Of a stretch of DNA of 64,000 nucleotides, positions 1 through 9,652 are shown one piece after another. Source of the DNA: Nitrospirota bacterium (lineage in GTDB: Bacteria > Nitrospirota > UBA9217); assembly GCA_963749655.1 (NCBI GenBank), contig CAVVOB010000016.1, positions 106,177-170,176 of the forward strand, given 5' to 3'. A program made the position numbers and the translations under genes. Positions within the stretch are counted from its first letter, which is position 1. Each line of letters opens with the position of its first letter. Below the pieces are notes generated by a model. The model did no database searches and was not told where the DNA came from. It saw only the letters and a program-made list of their open reading frames with translations.

Positions 1-560
1 GAAATGATGAACTTCATCCCCTGTTCCACGGACATATCGAGCCGCACGACCTCGGCCTCGGGCAAAAGAAGGAGAAAACCCGCCGTGGGATTAGGCGTTG
101 TGGGTACGAAAACCGTAACGAACCTGCCCGAAAGATTGACTGCCGTGCCGTCGAGGGTGCCGGTCATAAATCCGATGCTCCAGCACCCTTTCCGCGGATA
201 TTCGACAAGACCGACTCCGTGAAACTGCTGTTTCAGCGAAAAGGTCTCCATGACCTGCTTGACCGTGAAGTACACGCCACGGACAAGGGGCACCTTGTGC
301 AGGAGCTCGTCGCCCACCGTGACGATCTTACGCCCCAAATAATTTGTGAAGAGAATGCCGACGAGCAGCACGAGGATGACCAGCGTGATGATGCCCATGC
401 CGGGAATCCGGTGGCCCAGAACATAGGCCGGCAGGTCAGCCACGATTCCGTCAATGACGCCGAGGAGTGCTTTCAGGACATAGTAAGTCGCCCATACCGG
501 CACGATGACGAACAGGCCGGTGATGAAATATTTTTTAAAAAAACTCCTGATTTTCTTCAC
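1..560 (-). CDS. DUF502 family membrane protein (3' end beyond window)
   Basis: Manual translation from GTG at 560: MKKIRSFFKKYFITGLFVIVPVWATYYVL...VFVPTTPNPTAGFLLLLPEAEVVRLDMSVEQGMKFIIS, typical DUF502 motifs. It is absent from the ORF track because no stop is reached in the window. Confidence 0.85.
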   Translation of the reverse strand, partial: MKKIRSFFKKYFITGLFVIVPVWATYYVLKALLGVIDGIVADLPAYVLGHRIPGMGIITLVILVLLVGILFTNYLGRKIVTVGDELLHKVPLVRGVYFTVKQVMETFSLKQQFHGVGLVEYPRKGCWSIGFMTGTLDGTAVNLSGRFVTVFVPTTPNPTAGFLLLLPEAEVVRLDMSVEQGMKFII

Positions 561-734
561 GTTTGCAATATTACTGATTTTACCGGGTCGTTGCAAGCTT
601 TTTTTCGGAATCGCCCCCGTATCCTTCTGTTTTTACGGGATGAACCGGCATCTCGCGGCTGGATCGAACAACCTGTCTGTCGGGAAGGCGCTCTGAGGCG
701 GTTGGAGCGGCACGCGAAGGTCGAACAACGCCGG

Positions 735-1226
735 TCACCAGGTGTTGTAGGCCGTGCCGTCGAGGGCCACGAGGGGACTTGCGCTGTGTACGTCGAATAT
801 CCCGCTTTCCTCGCCCTGCGGTGCGACCGTGATCCAGTCCTTTGCATTGGTGATCGGGTCCTTCGGGATCTCGCGCAGGTAGCTTCTCGAACGGTCCTGG
901 GCGCTGATGAGGTCTTCCAGAACGTTGGGATACTTGCTGTTGTCGGCATAGTACTGGTCGATTGCATCGCGCAGCTGATACAGATCTTCCATGAGCACAG
1001 TCTCACGCGCCCGGACCAGGGACTGTTTGAAGCTCGGCTGCGCAATCGTGATCAGGATGCCCATGATCGCCAGCACGATCATGAGCTCTATAAGCGTGAA
1101 GCCCTTCGTATTCGGAATGCCCCGATCGAGTCGGGACAGGCTCCCTGCGGAATGCGGAATGGCAGTGCCGCAATCCGTCCTCTGGTGCACGCCGGCAGCG
1201 CATCGCCCCTGTCGTTCATTTGTCAT
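735..1226 (-). CDS. Type II secretion pseudopilin (GspG/OxpG-like)
   Basis: Prepilin cleavage motif KG|FTLIELMIVLAIMGIL; LRDAIDQYYAD...YP..LEDL; YLREIPKDP; C-terminal ALDGTAYNTW. Confidence 0.9.
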   Translation of the reverse strand: MTNERQGRCAAGVHQRTDCGTAIPHSAGSLSRLDRGIPNTKGFTLIELMIVLAIMGILITIAQPSFKQSLVRARETVLMEDLYQLRDAIDQYYADNSKYPNVLEDLISAQDRSRSYLREIPKDPITNAKDWITVAPQGEESGIFDVHSASPLVALDGTAYNTW

Positions 1227-1242
1227 GAGAAAGTTCACTCAT

Positions 1243-1749
1243 TCACCACGTCTTGTACTGCGTCCCGTCCAGCGCGACCTTTCGCTCTTGGAATAGACGT
1301 CAAACACATTGTCGCCGCCCCACTCGGTTGAATCCGGCTCATCGCCGTAGGAACGCAGCCCCCAGTTGTTCGGCTTGTCCTGTCCTGCTCCGGCGCCATC
1401 ATGGGGTCGCGCGGTATCCTGCGCAGATATTTCTTCGTTTTGTCCACTGCCGCCTGCCAGTCTTCAGCGGTTCGATCAGCTGTTCAAGCGACTCGGGATA
1501 GTTAGTCCCGCTCGGTCTTGCAGTAATCCGTAGCGATCGTTTCTTCTCCGTACGCAGTCCTTCTTGAACGCATCGATGGCATTGCGCAGGATCCTGAGGT
1601 CGCTCCGCAGTTCCATCTCCCGGACCCGCTTCACGGTCATGCGCGAAAGCGGCATTGCCGCGGCCAGGATCCCAGGATCGCGATCACGACCAGCAGCTCT
1701 ATGAGGGTAAGCTGCCTTCCGTTCCCATCCAGCGTTCCGCTTTGCCCAT
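1243..1749 (-). CDS. Second GspG-like pseudopilin (several frameshifts)
   Basis: Fragments across frames: LIELLVVIAILGIL, MPLSRMTVKRVREMELRSDLRILRNAIDAFKKD, KKYLRRIPRDPM, DVFDVYSKS, ALDGTQYKTW-stop. Ends are approximate. Confidence 0.8.
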
Positions 1750-1789
1750 GCGCTCACCCGTCCGGGAAAGGCACCCGCGTTCTTGACGG

Positions 1790-4173
1790 TGATACTTCGC
1801 TCCCTCGTGAGCCCCTCGTATCGGCCTTGATCGGCTCCCGGTTGAAATTCGTCAGCTTGACGCTCTCGATGGCTTATTTCGCCGCACCTCCTGATTTGCT
1901 CTGGAATACGAGCGTGCCCAGGCTTCCGACGCCGTTCACGCCGCCCACATCGCCGATGCGCGTCATGTAGACGTCCACCGTCCCCGCCTTGATGTTGTTC
2001 GAGAACAGGAAGGAGGTCTGCTGGCCGTCCTTTTTCAGCAGCGCCCCTTCGCTCGCGGTCTTGAATTCCGTGATCTTTGGGATCATAGCCGAGCGTGATG
2101 ATGGCGCCGTAGAGGTTCTTGACGGCGCTCACGGCGAAAGCTCAAACGCGGGTCCTGCCCCACGCCTGACGTGCGACTTCAGCCGGCTTCATTTCTCACC
2201 GGTCACGCCGTCTGCGGCCGGAGGGGTCGGCTGTTGCGCCGCGAGCGGTTGCGAGCCTGCGCGGCTTCACCGGCTTGTGCCGCAGCCCGCGGCTCCCGCT
2301 TTGCCAGGGATTCAAGGACCGCGGTCTTGTCAACGGCCTTTTCCGACGGGCTTGGAGCTCTTCCCCGACGTGGTGACGAAGAGCGGCTTCGTATCGTAGG
2401 CTTCCTCGGTCCCTGACCAGAAATTCTGCGTGTCCTTGTCCGGGATCTCCATGGTCCGGACGATATTCGGCGTGATGGACATGAGGATGTCGGTCTTGAT
2501 CGTGCCGTCGTCCGTCGGAGGAGAAGAGCTTGCCCAGGATCGGGATGTCGCCGAGCATCGGGATCTTGATCCGGCTCTTGCGCTCCTCGTCCTTGATCAG
2601 CCCGCCGATGATCACGGTTTCGCCGTCCCGAAGGTTGATGACGTGTCCGTGTTCCGCGTGCCGAACTTGTACTGTTTCTGGCCGTTGCCGAAATCAAGCG
2701 CATCTCCGAGCGTGCTGATCTCGAGGCCCATCTTGAGCGTCACCGTGTTGTTGAGATGGATCGTCGGATCGATGTTCAGCTTGATGCCGACATCCTTGTA
2801 CTCGAAGTTCGAGGTCGACCGCGACGGCGATCGTGGACTGGACGATCGAGGTCTGTATCGGGATCTTGTCGCCGATATGGAACTTGGCCGGCTTGTTGTT
2901 CAGCACCCGCACCCGGGGATTGGCCAGGGTCTGGGCGTCGGAGTCCTGCTTGATCAGGTTCACCACCACGCTCGGCAGCGTCAGGAACACGTTCTTGCTG
3001 GAGAGGTTCCCCAGGTCGCTCAGGGCGATGCCGGAGGTCGAGGTATTGACTGCACCGGTGGAGTCGGTGGTCTGGACCGTGGCCGTCGTTGAAAACCCGG
3101 CAGAGCCGCTTTGGAAATTCCAGCCGTACTTCAGCGCGTTGCTGCGCGAGATTTCGAGGATCTCGACATCGAGGATGACCTCCGCCTTCCTTGAGGTCGT
3201 TCGCCGCGATCATCTTCTCGACGAGCTTGATCTTTTCGGGCGTATCGCGGATGGTGATGGAGTTCAGGATCTCGTTTACGTACACCTTCTTGACGTCGAG
3301 CATGGACCGGAGCAGGTTGACGATCTCCTTGGACTTCGCGTTGTTGAGGTAGAAGGTCTTCACCATCAGGTCCTGGTACTGGTCCGTCTTGGACTTGTTC
3401 TTGGGGATGATGATGATCGTGTCGGCGCTGATCTTTTTCATGAAGAGCTTGTTCGTCGACAGCAGGAGGTTCAGCGCGTACTGGAACGACACGTCCTTGA
3501 CAAAGACGGTGACGGGCTGGGCCTTGACCTCCTCGTCGAACAGAATATTGATGCCCGACGAGCTTGGCGAGAAATTCGAAGACGTCCTTGATGTTCGTGT
3601 TCTTGAAGTTCAGCGTAATGGGCTTGTCCGACGCAAGGGTCAGCGCGTCTTCGGGCTCCGTCTCGGTCTTCTGTTTCTGCAGTTTGTCGAGGGCATCGTG
3701 GTACTTGACGTTCTCCGGGTCAAGGTCGACGGCCTGGTTCAGCTCGTTGATCGCCTCGCTGAGCCTTGCCCAGCTCCGAGAACGTAAGCGACGCCCGGTA
3801 GTGCTCCTCGGCCTGTTTCATGTCGAGCGACCGATTTGAGCGCGCTCTGGATCGCCGCGTTGGACGGATTCAGGAACAGGGCCTGCTGCAGCTCGACGAT
3901 GGCCTGGTCGAGTTTGCGTTCCTTCATGAAGGAGCGGGCCCTCTTGATAATGCTGGTTCGCCGCCGTTTCCTCTGCGCGGATCAGCGCCGACCGGTATTC
4001 AATGTCGTGGGGATCGCCTGCTTGTTGGCCTCACGGTACTCCTTGACCGCAAGGTCCCATTCGCCGCGCTGGGCATAGCGCTCGCCGCGCTGGAATGCGC
4101 GGGAACCGGTACAGCTCATGAGCGCCGCGGCCAGCACGATCACCAGGGCCTGCAGCATGACTCTCTTCATCAT
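1790..4173 (-). CDS. Lipoprotein secretin (GspD/PulQ-like) with N-terminal TPR-like region and C-terminal cohesin-like domain (many frameshifts)
   Basis: Lipobox LAAALMS|C. Secretin motifs KTFYLNNAKSKEIVNLLR, TLANPRVRVLNNKPAKFHIGDKIP, IIGGLIKDEERKSRIKIPMLGDIPILGKLFS. The tail AVKNLYGAIITLGYDPK...EGALLKKDG...GVNGVGSLGTLVFQSK is cohesin-like. The 3' end is approximate. Confidence 0.85.
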
Positions 4174-4237
4174 CAGCCTCCTCGCCTTTTCTGTGTCCGT
4201 CCGGAGATCGCGGCCGCAGGCCGCCGTCCCGTCTTCC

Positions 4238-4873
4238 CTACCGTCGGCCGGGCGTCGGCCGGAGCGGCTGCTGCTGGGCGCCTTCACTCCCCGAGAGTTC
4301 GATGCGCACTTCTACGCGCGTCACCGTATCGAGCAGGACAACGGAGTCCCTGCCGGCTTCCTTCACCTGGTAATTGCCGAGCAGCCGGTCTCCGCTCTTC
4401 ACAATGAAAAGCTCGCCGTCCTTGGACAGAAAGAGCGTATTGTCCTTATCAGTCAGATATCCCAGAAAACGAAACTTCGCCAGGTCGGCGCGCGCCAGGT
4501 CCGCGGCGATCTGTTCAGGAGTCTTTTCGGGGATCGTCGAAGTCGGCGCCGTGAAAAGGGGCTTCGAGATCACCGCCTTTTTCGGTTTCGGGGGCGCCGG
4601 GTTTTCCATCCTGAAGATGTCGCGCGACACGCCGGGGAAGCGTTCCTCCCGCTTTGCAATGAAGACATTCAGGGGGTCCGCGCGGGTGCCGGCCGCAGCC
4701 AGTCCTTCGCGCACCGCGGAGCGGGCAACGGAGCCGGGCGGATAGGCGAGCGGCGCTGTGCGCGGTTTTTCATCGGTCATGATGCGGTAGACGATGAGGA
4801 TCGCGAGGACCGCCAGCAGCACGATCAGCGCCGTTTTTTCCCGGTTCCGGGTCAGGTCTGCCATCTCCCTCAC
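4238..4873 (-). CDS. PilP/PulP-like accessory protein of the secretion cluster
   Basis: One N-terminal TM, Pro-rich linker, C-terminal FRFLGYL...LFLSKDGELFIVKSGD; lies between pilO and the secretin. Confidence 0.65.
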   Translation of the reverse strand: MREMADLTRNREKTALIVLLAVLAILIVYRIMTDEKPRTAPLAYPPGSVARSAVREGLAAAGTRADPLNVFIAKREERFPGVSRDIFRMENPAPPKPKKAVISKPLFTAPTSTIPEKTPEQIAADLARADLAKFRFLGYLTDKDNTLFLSKDGELFIVKSGDRLLGNYQVKEAGRDSVVLLDTVTRVEVRIELSGSEGAQQQPLRPTPGRR

Positions 4874-5415
4874 AGCCCCTTGACGTAGGTCACGAGTTTC
4901 ATCTCGAGCTTCACCGATCCCTTATCGCCGTCCATTTTAAGGTTCTGAATTCCGACGAGCCGGTCCGAGGTCTCCACTTCGAACACGAACCGTTTGATGT
5001 CGGGATACCGTCCCTCGGCGGGAAAGGAAAACGACAGCAGCGCGAGTTCTTCGCCCGCCCGTTTGGGTATGTCGTACTTGACCGATGACACGCCAAGACG
5101 CAGCCCCTTCGCGGTCTGGACGAGGTCCTTGACCAGGAGCGGCATGTCCTTTTGAGCAGGGATCCCGGCTACGATTCCGGCAAAATCCGCCTTCTGCTTC
5201 GCGAAAAGGACCGCTTCGGTGTGCCGTTTCCGAAGATCGCGGTACTGCGACTCGGTCGAAGCCAGCTGCGCAGCCGACGGAGCGACCGCCAGGGCGTACA
5301 GCAGCAGGTCCGCGATGAAAAGCGCGCTGAAGACCAGCACTGCCGTCCGGAGCCGCTTACTTTGTCCCTTGAGCCACGCCGGTGCGTTTATGCCCGCGAT
5401 AGACGGCAACCACAT
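4870..5415 (-). CDS. pilO: PilO/GspM-like protein
   Basis: TM followed by coiled coil and ferredoxin-like core (EGRYPDIKRFVFEVE); synteny after pilN. Start uncertain. Confidence 0.75.
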   Translation of the reverse strand: MWLPSIAGINAPAWLKGQSKRLRTAVLVFSALFIADLLLYALAVAPSAAQLASTESQYRDLRKRHTEAVLFAKQKADFAGIVAGIPAQKDMPLLVKDLVQTAKGLRLGVSSVKYDIPKRAGEELALLSFSFPAEGRYPDIKRFVFEVETSDRLVGIQNLKMDGDKGSVKLEMKLVTYVKGL

Positions 5416-5902
5416 TGAACGATATGATCCCTTTCTCGATCGATTGATGTTTGAGGAGCGGGTCCTGGAAGGCATCGGATTTTTCGAGGCCCACAACAAG
5501 GTTGCGCAGCGCCTCGGGCGACTGCGCCTTGCCGTCCAGCGTCAAGGAGCGGCCGGTCGGGTTGAAATCCACCTTGGTCAGGGCCACGCCGACCGGGACC
5601 ACGCCTTCGATGCTCGTCAGCAGCCCGGTCCAGGAAAATTTTCGCGCCTCCAGCAGCCCCGTCATGGAGTCCAGGTCCTTTACCAGCTTTTCCCGCTCCC
5701 CCATCAGGGTTTTTGCCCCTGTGTCGGACGCCCCTGCATCGCGCACCTTCTGCTGCGCCGCCGACAGCTCCGCGCGCAGGGAAGCGGTCTTCCAGACCAT
5801 GCCGCCTGCGATGAGGAAGAGAAGGAGGACCCCTCCGGCAAGCGCCTGCAGCGTCCTCTCCATTGCCCGATAATTCCTGCTCGCAAAATTGACCGGAATC
5901 AC
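5357..5902 (-). CDS. pilN: PilN-like protein
   Basis: VNFASRNY, TM, coiled coil, FSWTGLLTSIEGVVPVGVALT, LTLDGKAQS; synteny. Confidence 0.8.
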   Translation of the reverse strand: MIPVNFASRNYRAMERTLQALAGGVLLLFLIAGGMVWKTASLRAELSAAQQKVRDAGASDTGAKTLMGEREKLVKDLDSMTGLLEARKFSWTGLLTSIEGVVPVGVALTKVDFNPTGRSLTLDGKAQSPEALRNLVVGLEKSDAFQDPLLKHQSIEKGIISFNVVAVYRGHKRTGVAQGTK

Positions 5903-6867
5903 AGCACCCTCCCCGCTCCCAGCGCGGCTGCCAGGGACAGCGCCCCTTCCGGCCGAGAAACACCGGAGATCATGTCAGAGGGGGAAAGGACCTCCACGCC
6001 CAATGAAGTAACGGCGCTCAGCCCATCGACCAGATCGCGGGGCAGATCCGATTCCCCGCTCAGGTAGAGGTGTTTCAGCTCCGAGGTCTGCGTACGGTCC
6101 ATATGGGAATAAAAATGGAGCGAGTCTTCGATCTCGCGTTCGAATCTGGCTTTGATGTCGTCCGTGCTGCCGCGCTTCACTTCCTTGAAGCGGTAGAAAC
6201 GGGTGCCCCCCCGCTCCTTGACGATCAGCGCGAAGGAATCCTCGGTCAGGTGGACCAGGGCGAGCACCGAAGTCTTTTTCGACAGGAACGGCAGGTAGAA
6301 GCTCAGGATATGAAAGGAAGACGGCCCCACGCGCCAAGGCTCGAGGCCAGCGTCCATGAGCGCCTGCTCGTACTGCTCGATAACCGCTTTCTTCGCCACA
6401 CAGGCAAGGACGGTGAATCCGTTTTCCCCGCGCTTCAGGACCTGAAAGCGGAGCGTCGTGTTGGACAGGTCGTAGGCCGCTGCTTTGTCGAGACGCCAGC
6501 GGATGAGCCGGTCCCGCTCCGAAGGCCTCGTCGGCAGCTCGTCAAAATCGAGCGTCTGGACGCGAAAAACGCTGTCGGGAAGGCTCAGGGCCGCTCTCCG
6601 GAACGTCCGGCCGGCCCGGGACAGGGATTCCCGAAGCACAGCCATCAGACCGTTCACATCGAGGATATTGGGCGAACCGAAGCTCGTGGACACCATGCCG
6701 GCTGCCAGCGACGCAGTTACGGAGAAGGGGACTGAAACATCCCCGCCAGCCGCAGACAAGCCGGCAAGGCGCATCTCTGAACCGGTTATTTCAATTCCCA
6801 GGGAAGGTTTTCTCTCAAGAATCCGCAGCATTCCGCGTATATTAACAAGGTGTGAGGGGGATGTCAA
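5899..6867 (-). CDS. pilM: PilM-like actin-fold cytoplasmic protein
   Basis: LGIEIT, ALSLPDS, LYLSGE, AAALGA motifs; overlaps the pilN start. Confidence 0.8.
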   Translation of the reverse strand: MTSPSHLVNIRGMLRILERKPSLGIEITGSEMRLAGLSAAGGDVSVPFSVTASLAAGMVSTSFGSPNILDVNGLMAVLRESLSRAGRTFRRAALSLPDSVFRVQTLDFDELPTRPSERDRLIRWRLDKAAAYDLSNTTLRFQVLKRGENGFTVLACVAKKAVIEQYEQALMDAGLEPWRVGPSSFHILSFYLPFLSKKTSVLALVHLTEDSFALIVKERGGTRFYRFKEVKRGSTDDIKARFEREIEDSLHFYSHMDRTQTSELKHLYLSGESDLPRDLVDGLSAVTSLGVEVLSPSDMISGVSRPEGALSLAAALGAGRVL

Positions 6868-6968
6868 TTACTAATGCAAATACGATCAGGGGCCGACTGC
6901 CGCGAGGCATGGAACAGGGCTTTTCTTCCGCGGAAAAAGAGCTGCGAAAGGCTCGGCACAGAGGTCTG

Positions 6969-8378
6969 TCACAGCAGACCCGATGCTTCGCCCTGCTTCG
7001 GGATGGCGATGTTGCCAAAACCGATTTTCGACAGGCCGTCGGCAAGGGAACCGGCGCTTTCCTCCTCGCCATGGATGACGAAGGTATTGCGCGGTTTGCG
7101 CTCCATGGCACCCGCCCAGGCAAGAAGCCCGTCGCGGTCCGCATGACCGCTCATGCCGGTCATGACCTCGACGCGGGCCTTCAGTGCGTGCACTTCTCCG
7201 AATATCTTCACTTCCTTCTGGCGGTCCACGATGCGCCTGCCCAGGGTGTTCACCGCCTGCCAGCCCGTGATCAGGATGGTGTGGCGCGGGTCCGAGATGC
7301 GGTGCCGGAGATGATGGAGGATTCTGCCCGCTTCAAGCATGCCGCTGGCGCTGATGATGATCTTGGGCTCCTTGTCGGCATTCAGCTTTTTCGATTCCTC
7401 GACTGCATGGACATAGCGCACCATGCCGAACCCGAAGGGATTCTGGTCGTCGTCGGTTTCGAGGAATTTCCTGATCTCGCCGTCGAAGCATTCCTGGTGC
7501 AGCCGGTAGATGTCGGTCACGCTTGTGGCAAGAGGGCTGTCGATATAGATGGGGATGGCCGGGATTGCGCCGCGGTTGTGCAGCTTGTGGAGTTCATACA
7601 CGATCTGCTGGGTCCTGCCCACGGCAAACGCGGGAACGAGCAGCGTGCCGCCGCGGCGCATCGTCTCGTTCACGACCTCCGCCAGTTTCACTGCGGAATC
7701 CTCGACCGGCGGATGGAGGCGGTTACCGTAGGTGGATTCCATGAGCAGCACGTCGGCTCCCTCGGTCACAGGCAGAGGGTCGCGGATGATCGGCACTCCC
7801 GGCCGTCCGATGTCGCCGCTGAATACAAGGCGAACCTCGTGGGTCGTCGTCTTCTCCCGGACCTCGAGAATGACATGGCTGCTCCCGAGGAGGTGGCCCG
7901 CATCGCGGAAGGTGAGAAATACACCGGGCAGGACCTCCTTTCGTCGGTTGTACGCGAGACCGGTGAACAGTTCCATTGCGGCCAGGGCGTCATCTTTGGT
8001 ATAGAGGGGCTCGAACAGGTTCTTTCCCTCGCTGCTTCGCCGCTTGTTCACGAACGCAACGTCATGTTCCTGGATCCCGGCTGAATCGAGCAGCATGATG
8101 GAGCAAAGGTCCCGCGTCGCCGGTGTCGCGTAGATGTCGTTTTTGAACCCGTTCTTCACGAGGCAGGGGATGCCGCCCGAGTGATCGATGTGGGCATGGG
8201 AGAGAACCAGAGCATCGATGCGCGCGCCGTTGCCGATGCTGCGTCGGTTGATCTCGAAAGCCTCCTTGCGCTTCCCCTGGAAGAGGCCGCAATCGAGCAG
8301 GATCCTGTATCCGTTCACCTCGACAAGATGCTGGCTGCCGGTGACGGTGCCGGCGCCGCCAAGAAACGTGATCTTCAT
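6969..8378 (-). CDS. MBL-fold beta-CASP metallo-hydrolase (RNA-processing nuclease family)
   Basis: MKITFLGGAGTVTGS, LSHAHIDHSG, AGHLLGS, FSGDIG, ESTYG, FAVGRTQ, SGHAD, IHGE. Confidence 0.92.
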   Translation of the reverse strand: MKITFLGGAGTVTGSQHLVEVNGYRILLDCGLFQGKRKEAFEINRRSIGNGARIDALVLSHAHIDHSGGIPCLVKNGFKNDIYATPATRDLCSIMLLDSAGIQEHDVAFVNKRRSSEGKNLFEPLYTKDDALAAMELFTGLAYNRRKEVLPGVFLTFRDAGHLLGSSHVILEVREKTTTHEVRLVFSGDIGRPGVPIIRDPLPVTEGADVLLMESTYGNRLHPPVEDSAVKLAEVVNETMRRGGTLLVPAFAVGRTQQIVYELHKLHNRGAIPAIPIYIDSPLATSVTDIYRLHQECFDGEIRKFLETDDDQNPFGFGMVRYVHAVEESKKLNADKEPKIIISASGMLEAGRILHHLRHRISDPRHTILITGWQAVNTLGRRIVDRQKEVKIFGEVHALKARVEVMTGMSGHADRDGLLAWAGAMERKPRNTFVIHGEEESAGSLADGLSKIGFGNIAIPKQGEASGLL

Positions 8379-8469
8379 GGATTTCCTCCGTGGTAAGCAA
8401 AGGGGATTGGATAAGACTATCGTTTGCGACAGTGGAAAACAGGCGGGGCTGTCTGATCTGCCGCAGTTT

Positions 8470-9042
8470 TTAAAACGGCCGTGACGGCGGAGAACCCCTT
8501 GGTTCATCCCGCCTTCGAAACAACGCATCTGCACCCCATTTCAGGAGACCGAAGGCGAATGCCGCCAATGCTAAAAAGGCCCCTATTGATCCGCCGAAGA
8601 CAAGCCACAGACGCGTCCTGGACAAGGCGAACACGATGACAAAGGCGGCGCCGATCATGGTCATCAGGCCTGCCAGCCGGTCGAACCCGGGAACTTCTCC
8701 GAAATTCACCTGCCGGCGCATGAGCAGGAGGGTCACGACCATGGATATAATTGGAAGAAAATATATGAGGAAATTCACATCAAGGAGGTTTTCGCGGGTA
8801 AAGAAAAGCATGTATCCTGTCAGGACAGCGGCAAACATGCCTGGCACGCAGACGAGATATACCAGTAGGGCGTACAAGTACTTCCACGGCGCTGATCCTC
8901 CCCTGCCCCTCCCGTGCATCAGACCGGTAGCGAGGACGGCCGCCGGAATGCAGAGAAGCACGACGGCTGCAGCCGCAGAATAGTTCGATGCGAGTTCAAC
9001 GAGTTCCCGGATGGTGGAGGGGGAAGACCAAGCGTCGGACAT
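8470..9042 (-). CDS. Hypothetical membrane protein (about 5 TM)
   Basis: 190-aa ORF with several hydrophobic helices, co-oriented with its neighbours. Confidence 0.75.
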   Translation of the reverse strand: MSDAWSSPSTIRELVELASNYSAAAAVVLLCIPAAVLATGLMHGRGRGGSAPWKYLYALLVYLVCVPGMFAAVLTGYMLFFTRENLLDVNFLIYFLPIISMVVTLLLMRRQVNFGEVPGFDRLAGLMTMIGAAFVIVFALSRTRLWLVFGGSIGAFLALAAFAFGLLKWGADALFRRRDEPRGSPPSRPF

Positions 9043-9130
9043 GGCCCATCATAGCATAGACCGCAAATAAAGACAATTGGAACACAGGGTTTCTGTCTGG
9101 TCGTTCCTGACCGGGCGCCATCCTGCGGCA

Positions 9131-9574
9131 TCAGAGCAGCACGCCGAGGCCAAGAAGCGCTTCGACCAGATAGAGGCAGAGGATGAGGATCCCAATGATG
9201 AAATGCGGCGTCCGAAAGGGCGAGTTCTGCCCCTTGATCCGCCGCGAGATGAAAAAGGTCGCAAGCAGCAGTACCACGATCGCGAGGCCCGTGAAGAGAT
9301 GGGCGGGATACTCCATGAGCCGGCCGGTATGGACGAGGACGAGCGTAAGGCCGATGAAGAAACCCGCAACGCCGAGAACCACGATGATCGGCCCCAGTTT
9401 GCGGTGCTTTTTTATGAGCGGGAAAGGGAGCGGTTTGCCGGCCAGGCGCTGTCGCCTGATCCTGATCCCCAGCCAGGCATGATACAAAACCAGCGCGATC
9501 ACGCTTGAATTATATGCCCCGTGCACCAGCCGGAGGTTCGCGAGCACATGGGGATCTATCAGAGGATAATGCAT
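9131..9574 (-). CDS. DUF4079-like 4-TM His-rich membrane protein (possible b-type heme binding)
   Basis: Four TM helices with His near helix ends (LVHG, KKHRKLG, PAHLFTG, TPHFIIG). Confidence 0.65.
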   Translation of the reverse strand: MHYPLIDPHVLANLRLVHGAYNSSVIALVLYHAWLGIRIRRQRLAGKPLPFPLIKKHRKLGPIIVVLGVAGFFIGLTLVLVHTGRLMEYPAHLFTGLAIVVLLLATFFISRRIKGQNSPFRTPHFIIGILILCLYLVEALLGLGVLL

Positions 9575-9652
9575 GGGAATGTCCGTCCGGTTGAGGTCTG
9601 TATCGCGTGCCGGGCCGTCGGCAGCTTCTGTATCGGGTCTACGGCCGCGTGA

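Noticed and set aside
219-1331. Long plus-strand ORF, and similar ones at 6852-8084, 34939-36318 and 57475-58467
   Set aside because: Antisense shadows of well-supported minus-strand genes in GC-rich DNA, with no recognisable motifs.
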